A model generated the notes under the pieces. The model did no database searches and had not been told where the DNA came from. It saw only the letters and a program-made list of their open reading frames with translations. A program made the position numbers and the translations under genes. From Octopus bimaculoides (taxonomy: Eukaryota): a DNA stretch of 44,992 nt. The stretch's first letter is position 1. The number at the start of each line of letters is the position of its first letter. The stretch lies in contig NC_068984.1 of NCBI RefSeq assembly GCF_001194135.2, forward strand, positions 59,880,239 through 59,925,230. The letters are read 5' to 3'. Shown one piece after another: positions 21,184 to 31,964 of this stretch.

Positions 21184-23257
21184 CAGTGATACCTCACAGT
21201 ACGAGTTTAATTTGTTCCATCACCGAGCTCGTTTTACAAATCAATTTGCCACATTGAAATTAATTAGAATATAATTAATCCGTTCCAGCTTCCAAAAACC
21301 ACCCCAAAATCATCTTTTATGGTTTTTAAAACAGAAAAGGTGCCGTTACAAGGAAAATGACAATTATAAATACATAATAAAAGAGAATGCAAAAGGAATA
21401 TGTAAACTGGTTTTCTTAATTCATTTACCTTAAAGATGGGATCAATTGTGCACAAGGGAGACGATGGAGCAGGGAGGAGGAGGAGTATTGTTTGGAAAGA
21501 GAATCTCCTTCCATTGAAACTTCAGGAAGAACAATTTCTGGCATTTTCTCTTTCACTTCGCTTAATTTAGGCTTTTTGGATACACTTTCTTCACTTTTCA
21601 CACTTGCAGGTTGTTTCATTAGAAACATCAAGAGAAGTCTGCTTTTTCTTGCCTTTCAAAATGTTCCAAAAGCCCATGGACTTGTCAAGAGACACTATCT
21701 CCTCAACTACAGGTTTCTCAGATTCAAACCTCTTGAAGTCTTTTTCAGATATACAGTCAGGCTACAGTTTCCTCCATGCAGAATTCAGCATTCTACTTGT
21801 TACACCCTGCCAAGCCATATCAATGATTTTCAGGCAATTATAGTGTTCCTTCCAATGTTGTAATGTTCCTTCCAATGTTGTAGTGTTCCTTCTAAATCTC
21901 AAGAAGGGTTAGATTTGTATTTTTGGTGACTTCAAAGTACTGACGGAACAGGTGTTCGGTGTACAGGTTCTTAAAATTAGAAATCACCTGTTGGTCCAGG
22001 GGCTGAAAAATAGGGGTGGTGTTGCATGAAGGGTATAGAACTTTTATGAATTTTAATTCGTTCAGGATATTTTCAAAGATAGGAAGGTACACAGGAGCAT
22101 TGTTGAGAATGAGGAGTGCCTTGAGAGGAAGATCATTTTCCAGGCTTTAACATTTGCCCTCCACATAACTTGCAGCTTGTCCTTCAGCATTTTGTGCAAC
22201 TTGAATGCTCATGGATTTTCAGAATGGTAGACAAGGAGTGACTTAATCTTCAAGACTCCTCTCGCATTGGCACAAAAGGTGAGTGTTAGCCTATCTTTCA
22301 TAGGCTTGTGGTATTTTCTTCTCCTCTGCAGTTACGTAGGTTGTTCAGGGCATTTTTTTTCCAAAAAAGGCCAGTTTCATCACAGTTGCATATCTGTTGT
22401 GTAATGTACCCGTCGACCGTGATGAACTGACAGAATTCACACAGAAAATCCTCAGCTTCCTTCGTGTCAGAACTTACTGCTTCTCTATACCTGATGATGC
22501 TATGAACACCAGTCCTCTTCTTGAAATTATCGAACCAGCTGTGACTGGCCTTACATGCATCTGCTGATGTCTCCTCCATCAATGTTCCAGGGTTCTATTT
22601 CAGGAGATCCCCATACAGTGCTCATACGTTCTCACAAATGACAGTCTCCGTAATCATATCCCCATGCGAGTTGCTTCTCATTGATCCACAGGAGAAGCAA
22701 TTTTTCCATCTCTCTGTGGGCAGATGTGTATTGCTTGGAGAGCCTAGAGACATCCTTTGCTGTTGTAATGGCCTTGATCTCATCCTTTTTCTTCAGGATG
22801 GTGCAGATCGTTGAAGGGCTTCGGTCGTATTGATGTGCTATGCCCATTATACACACTATATGCTTATCAGTGATTTCCTTCTTCAATTCTATCGTAATCA
22901 ACTTTTTCTTCTTCTCAGCACTGTCCTTTGCACTAACCTTTTTAGGACCCATGGCTAACACAACTAATTATTTTAAAATAATAGCACGAAACACACAAAA
23001 CTAAAAAGAAACAAAAAAACACTGGCAAAAATACAGCAGTGATGCTGCCACAACAGAATAAACACATGCACAAACAAGCAGAGGCTGCACTTGTTAGGAG
23101 AGTGTGTGTGAGTTCAGTGCAGACTAGCTGTTGCTTGTATGAAACTCACTCATATTGCAGATTTCCACTTGTACTTCAAGACAAAAATCTGCGAGAGCCT
23201 TGGCTTATACAGCAAATTACTTGTACAGTGGTGCATTCGTACTGTGAGGTTCTACGG
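21184..23257 (-). mobile_element. Tc1/mariner Tigger(pogo)-type DNA transposon, near full length
   Basis: TIRs cagtgatacctcacagtacga (left) and ccgtagaacctcacagtacga (right, reverse complement); TA dinucleotide on both flanks. Confidence 0.92.
21420..22953 (-). pseudogene. Disrupted Tigger transposase (CENP-B-like HTH plus DDE domain)
   Basis: MGPKK...ITIELKKEI..PSTICTILKKK, FKASHSWFDNFKKR, NCDETGLFWKK, KPMKDRLTL..CANA, LILNNAP (second Asp appears as Asn), QPLDQQVISNFK. Stops, frameshifts and an internal deletion after VKAW. Confidence 0.93.
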
Positions 23258-23269
23258 TAAAGACAGATG

Positions 23270-23475
23270 TAGAGACAAATAAACATGCACAAACATGCAC
23301 ATCATACACACACACATGTACATCACACACAATGAACTGCTGTATAGCTTCCTTTAACCAATTTCATTCATAAGGCATTGGTTACCATAAGGTTACGATA
23401 GAAGACATATTGCCCAAGATGCTATGCAGTGAAGCCAAACCCTAGACCATGTAGTTTTGATATAAACTTCTTTAC
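23270..23475 (-). mobile_element. Old family A SINE, microsatellite and 5' half
   Basis: agagacaaat...(CA)n...ttcattcataaggcattgg...tagaagacatattgcccaag. Confidence 0.7.
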
Positions 23476-23479
23476 CTCA

Positions 23480-23725
23480 GTTCCTGACTGGCATTTATTC
23501 AAATCTAGAAGGATGAAGGTAAAGTTGACTTTGTAGGGATTTGAAATCAGAGCATAAAAAAGGCATAATTAAATATTGCAAAGCATTTAGTAATATCAAA
23601 TCCTGCCAAGATCAACTTTGCTTTTCATCCTTACAGAGTCATTAAAGTAGAGTACCAGCCAAGTACTGAAATTGATATAGTTGACAGTTCCCTCTCCTCA
23701 AATTTCTGGTCTTGTATCAGTGTAA
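23480..23725. mobile_element. Two family B SINE fragments in adjacent inverted orientation
   Basis: 23508-23545 is the approximate reverse complement of 23596-23632. Confidence 0.75.
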
Positions 23726-24098
23726 AAAAAAATATTATTCACTACTCTCATCTACCTAATTGGTTTTGCACTCATTCTCCTTCTCTGGCACAGGTTGGAC
23801 AAGTCTTTTGTAAATACCTTTTCATGCATCTCAGTGTTGCAATAATTCTAAAACAATGAGTTCCAAGAGAACATTAAGCTTAAAAAGAGCTTGACATGGC
23901 TTGCCTGTATCTTGCCACAAGGGAGAATACACACTTGAGTGGTTTCCTCTTGCCTTCTCCTTTTTGGGCATGGAAGCTTAAACATTTTTAAAGAGAAATT
24001 AATATTTTTGTAATTACATGCTTAAATTTATTTGATGAATTATTCTAATAACAATTCAGTTTAAAATCTCTTGAGATTAGGTAATCTGAAATGTAATA

Positions 24099-24360
24099 TT
24101 AACTCTTTTGTTACATTATTTTATAATGAAGTACATTAGCCCATGTGTTTCAATTAATTTTGAAAAATAATCAGTTTAGTAGGATTTACTAAAATAACTA
24201 AATTTGTTATTATTAAGTTGATATCTGGAAAATAACTTAAGAAAAAGATTCTTGCATAAAATCGTGATTAAAGGTTTTTGCTAAATATAAAGACTTTCAA
24301 AGAAGTTTTGTATAGCAGACCCAAGGTCAGTCTTCAGCAGGTTGGTATCAAAACACATAA
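24099..24360. mobile_element. Degraded piggyBac-type MITE (second family)
   Basis: ttaactcttttgttac ... ggttggtatcaaaacacataa; the right TIR is decayed. Confidence 0.5.
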
Positions 24361-25074
24361 AACATTAAAAGCCCCCAAAAGCTTCTAATGAAACATTAAT
24401 AATCCAGGAGTGGGGAAGGAATGAAAAGAATTAAATGGTAGTTGTATCTTTTATGACTTTGAGAGCTTCAAAACCACTCTACAGCACTCATTATTTTATA
24501 AATATACATGTTTTATTTTCCCATTATGGCAGGGGTTTTCTAGTTTGTGTTTGACATTGGCAAATTCAAAGGAACATCTAAGGGGCAAATTGCTTCAGAT
24601 TGTGCTTGTATTGTATCAATCACTTCAGAAGAACCTGCAAACTCATAAACTACTAAAACTTATTTTCTTTATCTCTCCTTCTTCTCCACTCTCTGCCCTT
24701 CTCTCTCTCTCCCTCTCTGTCTTTCTCTTTCTCATATCATAGCACCTGTTCCTCCTCTTTTTCCACCTATTCTACTTTCTGTTTTCTCTTGTTTTTGTCT
24801 CTGTTTCTATCACAAGAAATTTAACGAAAGCAATGTTATTGTCCTTAACATCAATAAAAGCTTTCAATTACAGCTGGTACTTGAATCTTCTGCTAATACA
24901 ATTTACCTATGGATTCTATCCATGATATTTTGGATTGATGAGAGTGGCTTCTTAGATCCATACTATTGTAACATGTGCTGACAGAGTTCTCTCTTTAACA
25001 CATTCTTTTGACCCTGGTTGTCCCAGAGTTCAATTTTGTTTCCCCATCACTTCACCTTCTATATATATATACAT

Positions 25075-25315
25075 ATCAATGATCTATATATCAAGGATCT
25101 AGATGCTAAGATCTATATATCTATCATCTAGATGTGTGTATATCAATGATCTAGATGCTTGATCTATATATCTATGATCTAGATGCTTAGATCTATATCC
25201 ATGACCTAGACGCCTATATATCAGTGATCTAGATGCTTAGGTCTATATATCTATGATCAAGATGCTTAGATCTATATATCTATGATCTAGATGCCTATAT
25301 ATCAAGGATGTAGAT
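25075..25315. repeat. Palindrome-rich 22-30-bp minisatellite, about 9 units
   Basis: Units of gatctatatatctatgatctagatgctta alternating with shorter cctatatatcaatgatctagatg. Confidence 0.9.
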
Positions 25316-25324
25316 TCTCATTTC

Positions 25325-25742
25325 CAACAATGTCCACTCTGCAGATGACACCACTATCCATTCCTCTCTAACCTTCCACACTCCCGCAACCTAAACAGTT
25401 CACTATGATTATGTAATAACCCCCAAAACAAGAGACCTTGGAGATATCCTCTAATTGGGTTGCACCAAACTTACCTCTTTGAACTACAAAAATGGTACAG
25501 TTGCTGCATTTAACAAGAAAATATTGCCACCAACCTGAACTGCATGCCTGCAGGGCCTTCATCATCATTTCAAATACTAGATTCCCCCTTTGCTGAGAAT
25601 CTCTAGACAACTCACATACTCTCAACATAGCATAGACTACTTCACAAAGACTGGATTTCTTCTTCAGATCCACAAAATACTTGAACCTCTAACAACTACT
25701 AACCTTTTACTATATTCAAGTGAGGCACACAGCAGATTTCTA
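25325..25742 (+). pseudogene. CR1/L2-group LINE reverse transcriptase remnant
   Basis: NVHS-ADDTTIHSS, DLGDIL*LG..L..LN..K, IA*TTSQRLDFFFRSTKY..QLLTFY..QVR: resembles the (Y)ADD to SQKLGFLFR..QLLTLYK.QVRP region. Confidence 0.72.
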
Positions 25743-25777
25743 TTCCCATATATGGGGTGTGTTACTGATATGCATTC

Positions 25778-26193
25778 TTTTATTCTTTTACTTGTTTCAG
25801 TATTTAGACTGCGGCCATGCTGGGGCACTGCCTCAAGGAATTTTAGTTGAACTAATCAGCCTCAGTGCTTATTTTGAAGCCTGGTACTTATTCTATTGGT
25901 CTCTTATGCTGAACTGCTAAGTTACAGGGGCATAAACACACCATCACCAGTTGCCAATCCATAGTGGGGGATAAACACAGGCACTATGACATGCACACAC
26001 CCGTACATACATACATACATACATACATATATTTATATATGATGGGCTTCTTTCAGTTTCCGTCTACCAAATCCACTCACAAAGCTTTGGTCAGCCCGAG
26101 GCTATAGTAAAAGGCGGTTGCCCAAGGTGTCACACAGTGAGATTGAACCCGGAACCATGTGGCTAGAAAGCAAGCTTCTTACCACACAGCCAC
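25778..26193 (-). mobile_element. Family A SINE, full length, (TACA)n core
   Basis: All modules present. Confidence 0.88.
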
Positions 26194-26194
26194 C

Positions 26195-26745
26195 CGGTTT
26201 AGTGGTTTGGGTATTCGGCTCGTGATCATAAGGTTGTGAGTTTGATAGCTGGTAGCACATTGTGTTCTTGAGTATGACACTTTATTTCACATTGCTCTAG
26301 GACACTCAGCTGGTAGAAATGCGTACTAATGAAGGCGGCGAGCTGGCAGAAACATTAGCATGCCGGGCGAAATGCTTAGCGGTATTTCGTCTGTCTTTAC
26401 GTTCTGAGTTCAAATTCCGCCAAGGTCAACTTTGCCTTTCATCCTTTCGGGGTCGATAAATTAAGTACCAGTTATGCACTGGGGTCAATGTAATCGATTT
26501 AATCCCTTTGTCTGTCCTTGTTTGTCCCCTCTATGTTTAGCCCCTTGTGGGCAATAAAGAAATAAGAAATGAGTGTTACCTGTGTTTTAAAGTGTCAGTC
26601 TTGTCATGTCCTCTGTCATGCCGAATTTTCCTGAGAACTATGTTAAGGGTATGCATGTCTGTGGAGTACTCAGGTACTTGCATGTTAATTTCATGAGCAA
26701 GCTGTTCCATTGATAAGGTCAACTGGAACCCTAGTCATAATTGAG
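26195..26745 (+). mobile_element. tRNA/CORE-like SINE with a family C tail, interrupted by a family B SINE
   Basis: Head and ttgagtatgacactttatttc..cactcagctg at 26195-26332; family C-like tail at 26571-26745. Confidence 0.75.
26334..26570 (+). mobile_element. Young family B SINE (nested insertion)
   Basis: ggcggcgagctggcagaaacattagcatgccgggcg..., with CpGs retained. Confidence 0.9.
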
Positions 26746-26864
26746 TGAGTCCCTGTTATACACCATTGACATCTCCAAAGACAGGCTGCTCAACTTATAG
26801 ACATTGAAGTCAGTTTTCAGAACACTTTGCTATTTATTGCCATATGCTGCCTCATCCTGCTTTA

Positions 26865-26865
<1 letters not shown>

Positions 26866-26931
<66 letters not shown>
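26866..26931. repeat. (ACT)n microsatellite
   Basis: Read directly from the sequence. Confidence 0.97.
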
Positions 26932-26933
<2 letters not shown>

Positions 26934-27475
26934 GAGGCTGGTTGATCTCATACCACCTACCACTCAGGCCCTTTTGACTCTCTCATTTCTCCTCTTCTTG
27001 TCCCCCATATTATATCCGTTATACATGAGCCAACGATGGAGCTTCTTTGTTATTGCACAACATGCCAAACGTAGCAACCAAATCTCCCTCAAATCACAAC
27101 CCAGTACCTTCATAAAGGACATGTTAGGTAATAAGGTTCTGGATTCCTGAACATAATAATAGTTTAAAAAAAACAAAAGGGTGGGATGGCCATGACTGGA
27201 ATGCCTTTCATGATTTGGTTTGTTTTATCTGTTGCTTACTTAGTCTTTAACGAAAACCAGAACATCAACAACAACAATAACATCTCTCTTGGTGTTAACT
27301 TTTTCTGTTTTTCTCTCACCCCTCTCTTTTTTTTGTTGATTGAAACCCATGGACAGGAGTGTTGGACTAGAAGGAATTCCAGATGGATAATTTTGTGGGG
27401 AGGAAAGATTTGAAAAAGTGTCTTGTTGGAGTGAGCTAATCCTTCTTTTATTTCTCTCTCCTTCCAAGGTGTCTA

Positions 27476-27625
27476 GATGGCAGATTCGTTATCACGCCGG
27501 ACGAAATACTTGGCGAGTTCAAATTCCACCAAGGTTGACTTTACCTTTTATCCTTTCAGGATCGATAAAATAAGTACCAGCTGAGTACTGGGGTCAATGT
27601 AATCGACTATCTCCTTCCCCCAAAT
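27476..27625 (+). mobile_element. Family B SINE
   Basis: tggcagattcgtt...gagttcaaattccaccaaggttgactttaccttttatcctttcaggatcgataaaataagtaccag. Confidence 0.78.
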
Positions 27626-27897
27626 TTCTCTCTCCTTCCCTTTCTTTCTCCATCCTCTCCCCTCTCCCTCTTTATGTTTTACACTGTCTCTTGGTAACAC
27701 ACTATCTGTTCATCTGTATGAACTGAATTTGAATGTGTATCTGTCCATTTTGAGACTCCTAAATCCTAAAATGAATTACTTAAGGCAAGAATATATATAT
27801 GTACACACACAGGCTTTTATATATATATATATATATATATACATGCATTTGTGTATGTATTTGTGTATCTGTACCTCTCTATGTGTTTACACATACT

Positions 27898-27932
<35 letters not shown>

Positions 27933-29344
27933 GTATGCATCAGTGAAGCTTATAAGGATAGTGTTCTTGTGTGAACATAATGATATTGTCTCGTGTCTAT
28001 ATATGTACTTTAGTACATGAGTGTCTATGTGTGTGCTTGTATGACTGTGTGTATCTGAGTGCATGCGTGTTCTGTTCTTTGATCATTATAGAGAACACTA
28101 TCTTGTTCGTTGTTGAAGAGTCAGCACAATTTACAAATCATATCTAACCTGTAAGGTTACTTCTCTTTGAGTGGCTGTCTGATCAAATGTTGGTGGTGAT
28201 AGTGATGCTTATTGTTGTTGTTGTTGTTGTGATAGTGGTAGTAGTGATGATGGTAGTGCATCATCCTGAGGTCTATTTAGAATTTTGGATTTCGATGCCA
28301 TACTTTATTTAATTAATTGCTGACTGAAACCAGACAGAGGATTTTAAGTATATATCTATATAGGATAGATAAGTTATTGATTATTGAGAAGGAATATTAA
28401 ATTAAATTCAGAAGTCAGCTGACCACTTGTTTCAAAGAGTAGACAAATATGGAAGTATGCTAATTTGAACATTAATTCTTCTGAATGAGAAACTAAAACT
28501 TAAGGCTGACCTGTACACTTTGGGAATTCTGGTTTCAGTTTTAAGAATTCTTACATGCTTATAAGATTGAAATACTACTTTCTTATTGATTTAGCTTTCA
28601 TTATTACCATTATCTAAATTCACTTCAGTTTGGTGGATAGGTGGAATCAGTGGATTGTTGGACAAAATTGCTTTGTGGCATTTTAGCAGCATTCCCTTAT
28701 GTTCTTAGTTTGAATCTTACTGAGATTAAGACTGTACCATTCCTTGTTATGGGGTTTAAGTAGAATAAAAAAAATATGTATTAATTATGTGCCACCCTAC
28801 CAGGGTAACGGTGAAGTCCTGAAACTGGAGCATGGCAGATTGTGAAGTTGTAGGGGAAGAGCTCAATGGAGCTGACAGTTTTCTTACATTGATGCTGAGT
28901 GAAGGAATCTTTGAAGATCAACAGTGAAGATCATTTAGCTCTATCAATGAAGTAACTGCAATGCATCCATCAGGATGGTGTCTATGGTTCTGTTATTAGC
29001 TAATGAAAGATTCATTATGACTCAAGTTCCCAATTCATGTTCATAATTATGGAATTGGATGGCAACAACAGAGGACATGACATGGCTGATACTTTAAAAT
29101 ACAGGCAATACTCATTCCTACCAGCTGAGTGTCCTGGAGTGTCCCCAATTATGTACAAGTTTGATGTAATGGACTTATTTTCTTCTTCCTTATCTTCTGA
29201 ATTTGAGGTCCTGTATGTATGTTAGAATTCAGAATTATTATTATTTTATGAACACCTTGAAACTTATACATTCATATACAGTTAGATGGGTGGAGGATAT
29301 TTGGTTTGAATAAGTCATCTACTTGTGCACAAAGAAAGTTTCAG

Positions 29345-29495
29345 GGGAAGGGATAAGTCGATTACATTGACTCCAGTATTCAACTGGTACTTATTTTATC
29401 AATCCTAAAAGGATGAAAGGCAAAGTTGACCTTTGTAGCATTTTAACTCTGAATGTAAAAGACAGACAAAATGCCACTAAGCATTCTACCAGCTT
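29345..29495 (-). mobile_element. Family B SINE
   Basis: Reverse complement of the family B body (ctggtacttattttatcaatcc..aaggatgaaaggcaaagttgacc). Confidence 0.8.
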
Positions 29496-29782
29496 GCTGT
29501 TTTAGTTTTTATATGAATATTGCAAATTTGTTCTATTGTGAAGTCTTTTATGTCTTTTCATCATGATTCAGATATTGTAAAATATTATTTTTCTTTTTGA
29601 TTGTCAATGGTGTTCACTTTCTCTTTACAAATATGATGACAACAAAGTCAGTTACTTGTAGCAGATGTGTACTTGGAATAAAGTTGTAGAGTGAATGAAA
29701 ACACCATAGATTTTGCTATGCCTGTAAATCCTTCAGTATGTTTTCCTTCATCCACCAATTTTGAGACCTTGTGCCTATTCTT

Positions 29783-30331
29783 ATATTCTTTTATTTGTTT
29801 CTGTCATTTGACTGCGGCCATGCTAGAGCACTGCCTTTAGTTGAACAAATTGCCCCCAGGACTTATTCTTTGTAAGACTAGTACTTATTCTATTGGTCTC
29901 TTTTGCCAAACCGCCAAGTTACAGGGATGAAAACGCACCAACAATGGTTGCCAAGTGATGGTGGGAGGACAAACACAGACATACAAACACACACACACAC
30001 ACACACACANNNNNNNNNNNNNNNNNNNNNNNNNNNNNNNNNNNNNNNNNNNNNNNNNNNNNNNNNNNNNNNNNNNNNNNNNNNNNNNNNNNNNNNNNNN
30101 NNNNNNNNNNNNNNNNNNNNNNNNNNNNNNNNNNNNNNNNNNNNNNNNNNNNNNNNNNNNNNNNNNNNNNNNNNNNNATATGACAGGCTTCTTTCAGTTT
30201 TTGTCTGCTAAATCTACTCACAAGGCTTTGGTTGGCTCAAGGCTACAGTAGAAGACACTTGCCCAAGGTGCCACACAGTGGGACTGAACCTGGAACCATG
30301 TGGTTGGTAAGCAAGCTACTTACCACACAGC
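29783..30331 (-). mobile_element. Family A SINE, full length, with an assembly gap in its internal (CA)n
   Basis: Both halves are collinear across N gap 30010-30177. Confidence 0.9.
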
Positions 30332-30340
30332 TAGCTATAT

Positions 30341-31100
30341 CCTTCTACATTCTGAGCTCAAATCTCGCCAAGGTTGATCTTTGACTCTCATCCTTTTGGG
30401 GGTAAATAAGTTAAGCTATTGTTATTATTATTTAGCAGAAAAAGACAAGTGAGCTGGCTGAATTGTGAATATGTCAGGCAAAATGCTTAGCAGCATTTTG
30501 TTTGTCTTTACATTCTGTGTTCAAATTCTGCTGAGGTTGATGTTGCCTTTCATCTTTTCAGGGTCGATAAAACAAGTACCAGTTGAGCACTGGGGTCATT
30601 GTAAGTGACTTAATTATCCCCTCCCCTGAATTTGCTGGCCTTGTACCAAAATTTGAAATCATTAATATTTAGCAGAAAAGTTAGAGCAAAATACAAAATA
30701 CTTTGCAGTATTTTGTTGTAACGCTTTATGTTCACAGTTCAAATCCCACCAACGTCAATCCAGTTTTTCACCTTTTTGGGGTTACTAAAATAAGTATCAG
30801 TCAAATACTGGAATCAGTATTCCTGACTGTCCCACCCCCCCCACATTTATTGCCTTGTGCCTATGTTAGAAACAATTACTGGTGGATTGGTGGAATCATA
30901 ACAATATTGGAAAACGATGATGTATGGTGTTTGTTTTGACTCTTTATGTTCTAAGTTCAAATCCTACTGAGGTTGACTTTATCTTCCATCCTTTTGGAGT
31001 TGAGAAAATAGAGTATTTCTCAAGTACTGAGACTGATGTAATTGACTAAACCTTCTCCCCACAAATTTCAGGCCTTGTGCCTATCTGAGAAGTGATTATT
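30341..31100 (+). mobile_element. Head-to-tail cluster of four diverged family B SINE copies
   Basis: Body motif ttcaaat....gaggttgac...catccttttgggg recurs near 30355, 30520, 30740 and 30955. Confidence 0.8.
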
Positions 31101-31625
31101 GTTATTACTGATTTGTGTCTACCTCAAATCTGCCCATTATTCATTAAATCATCCAAAATAGTAAGGAGTTTGGTGAATCTCTAAACATTGTCTGTGAGAT
31201 GTAGAAATTATTTTGAAAGATTGAAAATAGCGAAAGCACAATTCATAGAAAATTTTTGGCAAGAGTTATGATGTTGATGTCTGTGCTGTGAATCCTCATC
31301 AAATATATTCCAATAACTGATATGGTTGCTGCAACAGATATTCAATGTCTCAGTTTGAATTGAAGCCATTTCAACAATGGAGGGGAAAAAATGGAAAAAG
31401 AAAAAAAGGATGGCAATGAAAAGATTTCATTGTTTGGTATCAAAGAATGTGATTCAAGGCCATCAACCTTGATTACTTCTGGGCAGCGCTATTTACCACC
31501 ATATAATGTTCATGTTTAATAAGGAAGCAGAAAACCTATCATGGATTACAAATGTATTATGCACTCTGGTACATTTATACTCCAGTTTTTGATCCATGCT
31601 AAATGGCCATCACATTCATGTAGGT

Positions 31626-31964
31626 CAGTGGTTCTCAACCAAGTGCCATAATGGACCCTGAGAGGCTATATGAAATTTTTGGAGTCCATGCAACAGAATA
31701 GTAAACTGGAGATCCACAATAGTATTTTAAGGATCCCTGAAAAAAAATTTGGCTTTAGATGTATGTATTGCAAGAATCAGCTAGGTTTCTTTCTCTAACA
31801 TTTTAGATAGTTCAACCTACACAAGTGAATGTTTGAAAAACTAAATAGGAATTTTGAAAGAAGTTTCAATAAAACTAGTTTTTAAACATTTAATGGCTAT
31901 GGGGTCCACCAGAACAAATAATAATCAAGAGGGTCCATAGATAAACAATGGTTGAGAACTCCTG
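31626..31964. mobile_element. hAT (Charlie-like) MITE
   Basis: TIRs cagtggttctcaac / gttgagaactcctg. 8-bp TSD atgtaggt / atgtagat (7/8). Confidence 0.9.

Noticed and set aside
28800-29230. Short acidic ORF (MADCEVVGEELNGADSF...) and ORF 29037-29225
   Set aside because: No family match, weak splice context, and part of the region is a SINE fragment on the minus strand.
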